DNA from: a virus
Lineage: Duplodnaviria; Caudoviricetes
Virus record (IMG/VR): IMGVR_UViG_3300049164_000113
Span: 1-40,953 of that record
Reading direction: 5' to 3' (one strand)
DNA length: 40,953 nt
Shown here: in pieces, positions 8,758 through 16,298 of the stretch
Layout of the letters: the number at the start of each line of letters is the position of its first letter
Position numbering within the stretch: position 1 is the first letter of the stretch
Notes under the pieces: generated by a model
Told to the model about the DNA's origin: nothing
The model's input: the letters and a program-made list of their open reading frames with translations, nothing else
Databases searched by the model: none
Position numbers and translations under genes: made by a program

Positions 8758-8820
8758 CTAAGCGTCAGCGCGTGCGATTCCCAAGTCTCCGCGCTGTGCA
8801 ATGTGGTTAATGGAGGTCAT
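8758..8820 (-). CDS. putative 20-aa peptide MTSINHIAQRGDLGIARADA
   Basis: GGAG SD; first ORF behind the promoter at 8847-8875; translated by hand. Confidence 0.3.
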   Translation of the reverse strand: MTSINHIAQRGDLGIARADA

Positions 8821-8846
8821 CGGACTCCACTCCGGTGACCTCCGCA

Positions 8847-8875
8847 ACTATAATCCATTATAGCCGTGAAGGCAA
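8847..8875 (-). promoter_or_regulatory. sigma-A promoter TTGCCT-N17-TATAGT overlapped by the palindrome CTATAAT-CC-ATTATAG (candidate operator)
   Basis: Perfect 7-bp inverted repeat at 8848-8863 overlapping the spacer and -10. Confidence 0.6.
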
Positions 8876-8883
8876 AGCTTTCG

Positions 8884-9201
8884 TTACCCTCGGTCGCCTG
8901 ATTCCTTCTCCTCTGCTTCCTCTGCTGTCTTCAGGACCTTCTCCATCTGGTCACGCCGGATCTTGTACACCATCGGCGGAGACATCTTCGCCGCCTCGGC
9001 GATCGTCGTACGAGGGATCTTCTTGTTCAGCGCTAGGGCGAAGATGATCCGATCGCGCTGTTCCATCAGCCGCGCGGTGGTCTCCTCGATCTCCTCCACG
9101 ACCGCCCGCAGTTCCGCCAACGACCCTTCGGCGTCGGGCGCGCGGATAGCCTCTAACAGCTGCTCCAGCTGCTCCGGATCAATCGGCGCATCATTCCCCA
9201 T
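8884..9201 (-). CDS. small HTH DNA-binding protein
   Basis: RDRII..L....IPRTTIAEAAKMSPPMVYKIR helix-turn-helix. Confidence 0.7.
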   Translation of the reverse strand: MGNDAPIDPEQLEQLLEAIRAPDAEGSLAELRAVVEEIEETTARLMEQRDRIIFALALNKKIPRTTIAEAAKMSPPMVYKIRRDQMEKVLKTAEEAEEKESGDRG

Positions 9202-9211
9202 GGCGTGGAGG

Positions 9212-9412
9212 CTACCGCCCGCCGGCACGTGACCGGGCACGCTGCGTGTGCGCGCGCTCAAAATCGGCCACCGCCCGAGCTGAGATCCTGATGAGTCTGC
9301 CCACCCGCAGGTGCGGGATCTGCCCCCGTGCAACCATCCGCTGCACTTCCCGCGGCGTCAGCTTCCACCGCGCCGCAACGTCTTCGCACCGCATCCACTC
9401 GTCCTCGCTCAT
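9212..9412 (-). CDS. xis: excisionase-like HTH_17 protein
   Basis: EDVAARWKLTPREVQRMVARGQIPHLRVGRLIRI; immediately downstream of cro and near int. Confidence 0.7.
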   Translation of the reverse strand: MSEDEWMRCEDVAARWKLTPREVQRMVARGQIPHLRVGRLIRISARAVADFERAHTQRARSRAGGR

Positions 9413-9651
9413 AGCGACCCCGGCTCTGCCTGCGACTCCGACTCTGTCTCGAACCACAACAGATGCAGGGGTGCGTCGACCGCGCCGGCGATCCTCACCG
9501 CCACATCTTCGCGGCACAACTTCTGCCGTCCGGCCAGCAGGTGGTCGATCTTCGAATGGTGCGTGCCAGCCTTCTCCGCGAGTTGGCGGGTCGATAAGCC
9601 GGACTGTTTCATCAGTGCCCGCAGGGTGTCGCTACTTCTCAGCCGCCTCAC
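9409..9651 (-). CDS. Cro-like XRE HTH protein
   Basis: LRALMKQSGLSTRQLAEKAG....I.HL..G; GGAGG SD; divergent from the repressor. Confidence 0.8.
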   Translation of the reverse strand: MRRLRSSDTLRALMKQSGLSTRQLAEKAGTHHSKIDHLLAGRQKLCREDVAVRIAGAVDAPLHLLWFETESESQAEPGSL

Positions 9652-9898
9652 GGGATTGCCTCCCCCTCCGGGTGTTCAGTGTTGATGTTAGTTAAAGCTG
9701 GCTACTGCTAATTATCAGGCAATTCATCCACACTGAGCGTGAAACGTCAAGTGCTGGTAGAGATCCGGCAAACACTTGGTAGGCGAACGATAATCAGCAA
9801 TAATCCAATGCGGCTGTGTATCACCCGGTTACACGGCTGATAGATCGAAAGTCGTTGATAGGCACCAAGTGTGCCGAGCGCCAGGAAGGCGGGGACCC
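9652..9898. promoter_or_regulatory. divergent lysis/lysogeny control region
   Basis: AT-richer intergenic segment between divergent cro-like and repressor-like genes; operators not resolved. Confidence 0.6.
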
Positions 9899-10246
9899 GT
9901 GGAGCTCAGAGAGCTGATCCAGGAACGTAAGCGGGGACGGTCCTACTTCCAACTGGAAGTGGATGGAGGCCATGTTCTGAAAGCTGCGCGGTGGCATCAA
10001 ATTGCGACCGGACAGCTACGGGATTTCCCCGCGCCGCGCTCGGTCGCCGCAATGGCGAATGCGCTCGGTGTCTCGCAGGAGACCGTCATCTTGGCAGCCG
10101 CGAAATCGCTAGGGCTGGAAACCAGACCCCGGTCTGTTTTGGCGGAACTCCTCCCCGACACGGCCGCCGAACTCCCCGACGCGTGCGTGTCCGCAATCCT
10201 CGATCTCATCCGCGCCATGTGTGCTATGCAAGGCGCGGCCCGGTGA
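9899..10246 (+). CDS. immunity repressor-like HTH protein
   Basis: LRELIQ...GRSY..L......P.P..V.AMANALGVS...V..AAA.SLGL; divergent from cro; GTGA overlap with int. Confidence 0.7.
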   Translation: MELRELIQERKRGRSYFQLEVDGGHVLKAARWHQIATGQLRDFPAPRSVAAMANALGVSQETVILAAAKSLGLETRPRSVLAELLPDTAAELPDACVSAILDLIRAMCAMQGAAR

Positions 10247-11496
10247 GCAAAGGCGACGGCTGGATACAAAAGAAAGTCCGCATCTCACCAACAACCGGGA
10301 AAAAGACCACTCGGTATATAGCTCGGTACACGCCACCCGGCGGAATCGAAGAATCGAAATCATTCACCCGCGAAGGACGTTCCAGCGAACCCGGCACCGC
10401 GGCGCATTGGCTACACCAGAAACGCGAAGAGGTCCGCACCGGTGAATACATCGACCCTGCCAACAGAGAATGGACAGTAGGTGAATGGGCCGACGCATGG
10501 CTTGACTCCTACACCGGCATCGGCGACGACTCCCGCGCCATTTACCGCAACACAATCGAACTCGACATCAAACCCAGCGGCCTCGGTGACCAACCGCTAC
10601 ACGCCGTCGACCGCATCATCATGGGCAAATGGGTCAACTCGCTCACCGAAAACCGTTGGTGGGACGAGCACAAGAAACCACACGCCCCCTCCACCGCGGC
10701 CGTCCGCCGCACCATCACCGCCATGATCTTCGGCGCCGCAGTCGAAGAGGGGATCCTCAACCGCAACCCCATGCGCAAAGTCCGCGCCCCCCAAGTCGAT
10801 GTGGACATGGAACCCATCGACCCCGAAGAACTCCCCACCATGGATCAGGTGTGGCAGCTCCACAGGATCGCCCAGGACTGCGCCCCCTACATGGCCGAAC
10901 AGATCATCGTGACCGCCGGCACCGGCCTGCGCCCCGGTGAACTGCTCGGCGTCCGGCAGACCGAGATCCGCGACCGCGAAATCCACGTTGTCCGGCAACG
11001 GAATCTGAAAGCGGCGGGAGTGGTCTACAAGTCCCCGAAAAGTCGTGCCGGCCGCAGGCGTGTGCCGTTCGGTGATGAGGTGGAAGCGGCGATCGCCCGC
11101 CACATCAAGACGTACCCGTGCGAGGACGGCGCGGTGATCTTCCAGAACGCCACGGGGGAGTGGCGGCGCTCCACCTGGGCGTCACACTGGCAGCGCATCC
11201 GCGCCAAGGCCGGGCTGGAGCACATGCGGTTCTACCTGTTGCGCCACTACTACGCGTCGGTGCTGATCGACGGCGGGGCGTCCCCGAAACTGGTCATGTC
11301 GCGCATGGGTCACAAGAACTCGAAGTACACCCTGGAGCGATACGCCCGGCTGTGGCCTGACACCGAGGAAGTCACCCGCGAACTGTCCGACTCCGGGCTG
11401 AAACGGGACAAAGACGGGACAATCGTCCCCGACCCCAACGCGACGACCGCACCGGAAACCGAGCCGGGGGACGCTGACGAGGAAGAGGAAATCTAG
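10243..11496 (+). CDS. int: tyrosine integrase
   Basis: TGLRPGELLG (catalytic R), PKS (K), YLLRHYYAS, MGH, and T...Y. N-terminal arm-binding region; acidic C-terminal tail. Confidence 0.95.
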   Translation: MSKGDGWIQKKVRISPTTGKKTTRYIARYTPPGGIEESKSFTREGRSSEPGTAAHWLHQKREEVRTGEYIDPANREWTVGEWADAWLDSYTGIGDDSRAIYRNTIELDIKPSGLGDQPLHAVDRIIMGKWVNSLTENRWWDEHKKPHAPSTAAVRRTITAMIFGAAVEEGILNRNPMRKVRAPQVDVDMEPIDPEELPTMDQVWQLHRIAQDCAPYMAEQIIVTAGTGLRPGELLGVRQTEIRDREIHVVRQRNLKAAGVVYKSPKSRAGRRRVPFGDEVEAAIARHIKTYPCEDGAVIFQNATGEWRRSTWASHWQRIRAKAGLEHMRFYLLRHYYASVLIDGGASPKLVMSRMGHKNSKYTLERYARLWPDTEEVTRELSDSGLKRDKDGTIVPDPNATTAPETEPGDADEEEEI

Positions 11497-11813
11497 ATGC
11501 AGATCGACTGGGAAATGCTGCGTACCAGGGCATATGAGGTCATGCAGAACGCGTACGCACCCTACTCAAAGTTCCCTGTCGGGGCGGCCGGACTGACCGC
11601 CTCCGGGGTGATCGTGGGTTGCAATGTGGAAAATGTCTCAATCGCTCCACGCTAACCTACCCGTGGGTAACAGAAAATTACCGTTCGCTATCGCGTGTTA
11701 TCGCTCGCTATCGCTTGCTACAAGGGGGTTGAGCGGCACTCTTCGCGACCCCCGCGACCGGAGCGTCAACCCGCGACCGCGCAACCGGGACACTGACGGG
11801 ACAAAACGGGACA
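11403..11813. mobile_element. attP region: core near 11617-11640 with arm-type repeats
   Basis: (A/C)CGGGACA at 11403 and 11414, and at 11785, 11796 and 11806, flanking the point where cdd similarity ends. 10-bp-period YGYTATCGC repeats at 11686-11720. Confidence 0.8.
11497..11655 (+). pseudogene. cdd: 5' fragment of cytidine deaminase (52 aa), attP-borne replacement segment
   Basis: MQIDWEMLRTRAYEVMQNAYAPYSKFPVGAAGLTASGVIVGCNVENVS-IAPR*. Has the AYAPYS.F.VGAA and GCNVEN motifs; truncated before CAE/PCxxC. Confidence 0.9.
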
Positions 11814-11817
11814 CCCG

Positions 11818-12195
11818 CTACAGCGGCCGAGGCCGGTTGAGCGCCGCATAGACCTCGGCCGCGAACTCCTGGTCCCCGGCACGCTCCAACCGCACCAGCG
11901 CCCGCATCAGCAGCCCCCGCATGTCGAACACAACGTCCCGCAACTCATCCTGCTTGCGGTCCAACTCGCGGATCTCGGTCTTCAACCCAGCGACCTCGGT
12001 TTTCAGACCGGCGTTCTCCTCACGCAGATCCGCCGCCACCCGCCCCGCGATGTCGGCCGCCTTCGACCCGATATCCGCAGTGGCTTGCGCGTAGTTCGCC
12101 TGACGGTTCCGCCACCCGAAGAGGACACCACCGAGCCCGGTCAACGCGCCGAGCGTGCCACCGCCCGCGGTGATCAGAGCCGCCCAGTCAGTCAT
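11818..12195 (-). CDS. lysis-cassette membrane protein (N-terminal TM + coiled coil)
   Basis: Hydrophobic N-terminus, then LREEN.GLKTEV.GLKTEI heptads; last gene of the lysis block. Confidence 0.7.
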   Translation of the reverse strand: MTDWAALITAGGGTLGALTGLGGVLFGWRNRQANYAQATADIGSKAADIAGRVAADLREENAGLKTEVAGLKTEIRELDRKQDELRDVVFDMRGLLMRALVRLERAGDQEFAAEVYAALNRPRPL

Positions 12196-12631
12196 CCTCT
12201 GATCCAATCTCCCGAATGCGTCGCTCCACCACGACGATTCGCTGAACATCCCCTGCCACCATCCACAACGCGCAAAGCACCAAACTGCCTACCACCCACG
12301 CCGCCAGCGATGCCCTTTCCGCCCACGTCACTTGCAGCACCGACACCACGTATCCCGCCGACGCGCCGGCCACCCCAAGATTCCCCGACAGCTGCAACCA
12401 CATGCTGCACGCCCACCGCCGCATCAACCCCAACCCCAGCAGCGAGACGGCCGGGAACACGATCAGCATCCCAATCCACAGCACGCCGATCGTGTCGCCC
12501 ATGGCCTGGGCGACCGCGCCCGGCGGAGCACCCATCAACGCCGACTGCGTCCCGGCTGCCATATAGCTGAGGTACACGATCACCTGAAACGGCCGGACAG
12601 ACCGCAAATCGTCCGGCCTCAAACCCATCAC
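12188..12631 (-). CDS. multi-TM membrane protein (holin-like)
   Basis: About four hydrophobic segments; lies downstream of the endolysin. Confidence 0.7.
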   Translation of the reverse strand: MMGLRPDDLRSVRPFQVIVYLSYMAAGTQSALMGAPPGAVAQAMGDTIGVLWIGMLIVFPAVSLLGLGLMRRWACSMWLQLSGNLGVAGASAGYVVSVLQVTWAERASLAAWVVGSLVLCALWMVAGDVQRIVVVERRIREIGSEDD

Positions 12632-12633
12632 GG

Positions 12634-12720
12634 CTACGTCAACAGTGCCGTAACGATGGTGGCCAGCGCCGCCAGGATCTTCGGCACATCGCTGACCGAG
12701 AGGTTCAGATAGCTGCTCAT
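12634..12720 (-). CDS. 28-aa hydrophobic peptide MSSYLNLSVSDVPKILAALATIVTALLT
   Basis: Purine-rich SD; ATG overlaps the lysin 3' end; fills the gap exactly. Confidence 0.55.
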   Translation of the reverse strand: MSSYLNLSVSDVPKILAALATIVTALLT

Positions 12721-13562
12721 CCCTTCTTTCCTCCCTTCGCGTTCCTCGGATCCCGGAAGCCCTCGATGCCGAGCGCGGCGCCGATCACAGCGAGCGCGTC
12801 CACCAGGGACAGGCCACCCAGTTGCTCCCAGCCCTGCCACGCCTCCGCGCCTCCGCGGCGGGTACCCGGCCCGCCGAGCTGATCGAGCACCAGGCCCACG
12901 TGGTCATCGATGGCGGTCTGAATCAGGCCGCGCGAGACGGTGTCGCCCTGCTTGTTGGTGGTGGTCTCGTCCCATACGGACATGCCGGAACCTCCTGTGC
13001 GGTTGGGTTTGCGGTCGATGACCGCCTGAACGTCGCGGCGGAAGGCGTCCATGTCGATGCCGGCCGGGTCGATCTTGCCTTCGCTGCTGTACTCCCGGTG
13101 CCCTACACAGTCAGCGGCATCACGGCCGAGACGGCGCAGGATCGCAGCGCAGCCGCGCTTGTAGGCATCGAGTTGCACGGGGGTCCAGTCGAACCGGCCT
13201 CGCGCGTCCGGCGTGCCGCGAGACACCGCCTCGATGCCGATGACGTGATAGTTCGCGTTGTCGGTCGGCCAGCCCGGCCACCGGCCGCGCCCGGCATGCC
13301 AGCACACCCCAACCGCGATCACGCGATAGGTACCGTCCCGCTCCAACACCAGCTGCGACAACGGGCCTTTCAAATCGGCACGGCCGTATTGGACGACGCG
13401 CCAGTCGTTCTCGCCGCCGCCCGCGGTGTGGTGGCAGAGCACACCGCGAATGTCCCGGAAATCGCCATGACCCCGTTCGCGCCAACCCTCGTGCTCGATC
13501 ACGCGCAAGCCCTCCGCGCGCAGCACGTCGGCCAACCAGACCGGGTCACCTGTCCATGTCAT
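12717..13562 (-). CDS. endolysin, Amidase_2 N-acetylmuramoyl-L-alanine amidase (lysin A)
   Basis: HHTAG, CWHAG, IGIEA, GHREY...KIDP zinc-amidase motifs; leaderless ATG (MTWTGDPVWLADVL) at 13562. Confidence 0.9.
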   Translation of the reverse strand: MTWTGDPVWLADVLRAEGLRVIEHEGWRERGHGDFRDIRGVLCHHTAGGGENDWRVVQYGRADLKGPLSQLVLERDGTYRVIAVGVCWHAGRGRWPGWPTDNANYHVIGIEAVSRGTPDARGRFDWTPVQLDAYKRGCAAILRRLGRDAADCVGHREYSSEGKIDPAGIDMDAFRRDVQAVIDRKPNRTGGSGMSVWDETTTNKQGDTVSRGLIQTAIDDHVGLVLDQLGGPGTRRGGAEAWQGWEQLGGLSLVDALAVIGAALGIEGFRDPRNAKGGKKG

Positions 13563-13569
13563 AGACCGC

Positions 13570-13591
13570 ACGGTAGGTACCGGGGGCGCAA
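13570..13591 (-). promoter_or_regulatory. late promoter TTGCGCCCC-N7-TACCGT, leaderless to the lysin
   Basis: One of six copies; ATG 7 nt after the -10. Confidence 0.75.
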
Positions 13592-13786
13592 CCGGCGCGG
13601 ACAATACACGCGCCGTCGCAGTGATACACGCGACAGCCGTAGGCCTGAGAACAGCGTGCGATCCGCCCATAATGCCAGGCAGGCCGAACTATTCGCTTCG
13701 GGCATCCCTGCCTAGGCGACGACACCACGCCATGGTTCATACACACCAGCTGACGTATCGTTGACTGAACTAAGGAGGTGACATAC

Positions 13787-14236
13787 ATGGCAATCGAGTA
13801 CCTGACCACCGCGGGTTTCGCGGACCTGCTGGGCCTCTCGGTGTCCACCATCGAGGGCTACAGTCGCAACGGGAAACTACCCGCCCCGGACGCCCGAGCC
13901 GGACGCTACAAGGGCTACCTCCCTCAAACCATCGAAGAGTGGGAACGTCGCCGCCCCGGTGTGCGCACCCCCCGCGCAGACGAAAACTGGCACATCTTCC
14001 CGCACAGCACCATCACCTACCTCACCGTCCCCGAATTCGCCGAACGCATCGGCGTTGTTCGGGGGGCGATGAACCGGTACAAGCTGCCACCGGAAGACGC
14101 CCGAATTGGTGCCATCCGCTGCTACCTCCCCCAAACCATCGACGCCTGGAACGAGCGCCGACCGAAACGTGGACGCACCTCCGCCGAAAACGCCGACTGG
14201 CACCTACCACCCGAACTCCGACACGGCAGCAAATAA
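13787..14236 (+). CDS. tandem AlpA/MerR-like HTH protein
   Basis: Two copies of YLT...FA..G...LP..DAR.G....YLPQTI..W..RRP; AAGGAGG SD. Confidence 0.8.
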   Translation: MAIEYLTTAGFADLLGLSVSTIEGYSRNGKLPAPDARAGRYKGYLPQTIEEWERRRPGVRTPRADENWHIFPHSTITYLTVPEFAERIGVVRGAMNRYKLPPEDARIGAIRCYLPQTIDAWNERRPKRGRTSAENADWHLPPELRHGSK

Positions 14237-14242
14237 CCCGCG

Positions 14243-14575
14243 CTACTCCAGCCCGCCGGCCAACCGCGCGAAATTGGAGAAGCTGGAGCGTTGCTCCGCG
14301 ACCGAGAACTCAGGCGGCACCGCGGTATCCGGGCCGGGCTCGGCGTTTCGAACCCGATCCGGTGTCGTATACGAATAGGTCCGCTCGTAGTAGGTGTCCA
14401 GCTGCTCCGGGCTCATGTGCTCGGTGATGATCACCTCCACCACATCCAGCAGCGCATGCATATCCGGGAGTTGGCGCAGCGGGTCCGGGATCCCGGCCAT
14501 AATCAACCGGCCCCGGATCATGCGCCAATTCTTCGCCGCGAACGCTGCTAGCGCTGCGACGGCCCCGTAGGGCGG
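14243..14575 (-). CDS. tail assembly chaperone, -1 frameshift extension (GT-like)
   Basis: The -1 frame reads PYGAVAALAAFAAKNWRMIRGRL... and overlaps the upstream ORF end at CGCCCTAC. Confidence 0.65.
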   Translation of the reverse strand, partial: PPYGAVAALAAFAAKNWRMIRGRLIMAGIPDPLRQLPDMHALLDVVEVIITEHMSPEQLDTYYERTYSYTTPDRVRNAEPGPDTAVPPEFSVAEQRSSFSNFARLAGGLE

Positions 14576-15153
14576 GCCGTGTTCATCGTCGCAATCTGCT
14601 TCGTCAACTCCGAGAAGTCCGCGATCGTGAACTCCGTGTCCGGGTCCATCATCAGCTTGACCAGCTCCGCATACGACCGCGGCGAAATATGATTCGACAC
14701 GAACAGCGCCCACATCTCGCTGCGGACCTTCTCCGGCGCGTACTTCGAGGTCGCCAACCCGAACGCCTGCAACGCTTCCGGCCGCGCCGCACGCACCTGC
14801 ACATCGATCCCCTTGAACGGGATCACCGCATGCGGCCACTTCGGGACCGGGTTACCGTCATCATCCCGGTACACCTCACCATCCGGGCCGATGTCGTACT
14901 CTTCGCCATCCGGGTCGATCACCGCGAGCGGACTACCCGCCGGCACCACCGTGGGGGAGTCGATCTCGCTGCGTTCCTTCGCCAGCTCGGCGCGTTCCCT
15001 GTCCAGCTCGGCGCGCCCTGCATCGATCACCCGTTGCTGACGCGCGCGCATCATCTCAGCGACCTCCGCGTCATAGGCGGCGCGTTCCTTCGCGAGTGCT
15101 TCGGCCTGTGCCGCCAGATCATCGGCGCCGGACGGCGGTTCGTGGGTTGTCAT
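14548..15153 (-). CDS. tail assembly chaperone (G-like)
   Basis: Ends ...TARPTGPSQR, the RPT terminus common in actinophage chaperones; has its own late promoter and SD. Confidence 0.65.
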   Translation of the reverse strand: MTTHEPPSGADDLAAQAEALAKERAAYDAEVAEMMRARQQRVIDAGRAELDRERAELAKERSEIDSPTVVPAGSPLAVIDPDGEEYDIGPDGEVYRDDDGNPVPKWPHAVIPFKGIDVQVRAARPEALQAFGLATSKYAPEKVRSEMWALFVSNHISPRSYAELVKLMMDPDTEFTIADFSELTKQIATMNTARPTGPSQR

Positions 15154-15198
15154 GGTATTGCTCCATCCCTGTTCGTGCTGCCCTGGATACGAAGGCGC

Positions 15199-15220
15199 AC
15201 GTTAAGGGAGAGGGGCGCAA
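15199..15220 (-). promoter_or_regulatory. late promoter TTGCGCCCC-N7-TAACGT
   Basis: One of six copies. Confidence 0.75.
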
Positions 15221-15232
15221 CGGGGAGGCCCC

Positions 15233-15952
15233 CTATTGGTCCATCATTGGTCGCTCCTGGCCGGCGATGAGGCTTTGATGCGCGGGACCCTGACCTCCGA
15301 TGGTGAGATTGGTCCCGGTAACGGTCAAGCCGTGAAAGTGGAAGGTTTGCTCGATGACTTGGCGGGCCTCGCTGTTAATCTCGTCTGCGACGTGGGGCTC
15401 CCCGGCCTGCGGCGTAGCCTGCTCCAGCTCCAAAGCTAGATCCAAAGTCAGAGTCCGGACCTGGTCCAAGATTCCTATGAACAGCGTCGGCGCGACGGTG
15501 TACTTCACCTGTAAGCAGCCCCAGTGGGATGCGACACCGGCTTTGCCTGCCGAGATCAGCGAGTTGTAATAGGCCACAGCCTCGGCTGGCCAGGAAAAGA
15601 AGATGCGTTTCTCCGCTGCCGCTGCCTCGATCTCAGCGATGGGCTGAAAGAAGCTCTGAGTGAAAAGTACCTCCGCAGCCTTCTCGGCAAATCCAGTCCG
15701 GGCGACCGGGTGTCCAGTCAAGGAAGTCGCGCCCATCCCGACGTAGTCGCCCTCGGGCGCAACCGGAAACGGACCGCGGTAGGACGGCAGAACGTCGTCC
15801 TCACTTGGATAGCCGGTCAGTTCGTTGTTCACCCACGGCAGCAGCGTGTCCCGTGCACCGGTACGTGTTGCGAGGACCTTCAACCTTCGCAAAAGTGTGG
15901 GCACCGATCCGGTGCCCTGCGCTTCGTCGATAACCACCTGTAGCAATGTCAT
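15233..15952 (-). CDS. AbiTii-like domain protein with C-terminal beta/amyloid-like motif
   Basis: LL..VI.EA.....VPTLLRRLKVLA.......L..WV..EL.GY......P.YR and Q.IAEIE, typical of AbiTii; lower GC than the flanks. Confidence 0.75.
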   Translation of the reverse strand: MTLLQVVIDEAQGTGSVPTLLRRLKVLATRTGARDTLLPWVNNELTGYPSEDDVLPSYRGPFPVAPEGDYVGMGATSLTGHPVARTGFAEKAAEVLFTQSFFQPIAEIEAAAAEKRIFFSWPAEAVAYYNSLISAGKAGVASHWGCLQVKYTVAPTLFIGILDQVRTLTLDLALELEQATPQAGEPHVADEINSEARQVIEQTFHFHGLTVTGTNLTIGGQGPAHQSLIAGQERPMMDQ

Positions 15953-15971
15953 GGCGAAGTCCAGGTCGGCT

Positions 15972-16298
15972 CTACGCCGGAAGGCCCAGATGAGCGGTAA
16001 CCAGCCCCCATACGGTGGTGACTACCGTAGCCGTCACTTGCTCGCGAACCGTATCGAGCCAAGAGGTCACCGCAGGGCCAGGTTCTCCCTGCACTTCACC
16101 GTCGCGGTCCAGTGCATCCGAAAGTTCATCAACCTGTGTATCCGACAAACCTGCGTCGCCGAGCTGCTGCAACAGCTGGTCACGGCTTATCACGGTAGGT
16201 GCGTTCATGGACTGGTTCACAGGACCGCTGCTACCGAACGCCACGTTAGAGCCATTCATCGTCACGCCGTTGAAATCGAAGTTGCTGATAGCGTCCAC
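15972..16298 (-). CDS. small protein with N-terminal N/G/S-rich motif and C-terminal hydrophobic helix (AbiTii partner)
   Basis: FDFNGVTMNGSNVAFGSSGPVNQS matches the C-terminus of the next gene; start codon uncertain. Confidence 0.7.
   Translation of the reverse strand: MDAISNFDFNGVTMNGSNVAFGSSGPVNQSMNAPTVISRDQLLQQLGDAGLSDTQVDELSDALDRDGEVQGEPGPAVTSWLDTVREQVTATVVTTVWGLVTAHLGLPA

Noticed and set aside
9991-10242. N-terminal extension of the integrase ORF
   Set aside because: Overlaps the repressor gene in another frame; the coupled GTG at 10243 is preferred.
11497-11655. cdd as a functional auxiliary metabolic gene
   Set aside because: Lacks the catalytic Glu and zinc-binding Cys motifs; explained as part of attP.
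11497-11817. tRNA or tmRNA fragment as attachment site
   Set aside because: No T-loop or acceptor-stem-like sequence seen; the cdd fragment and arm repeats account for the site.
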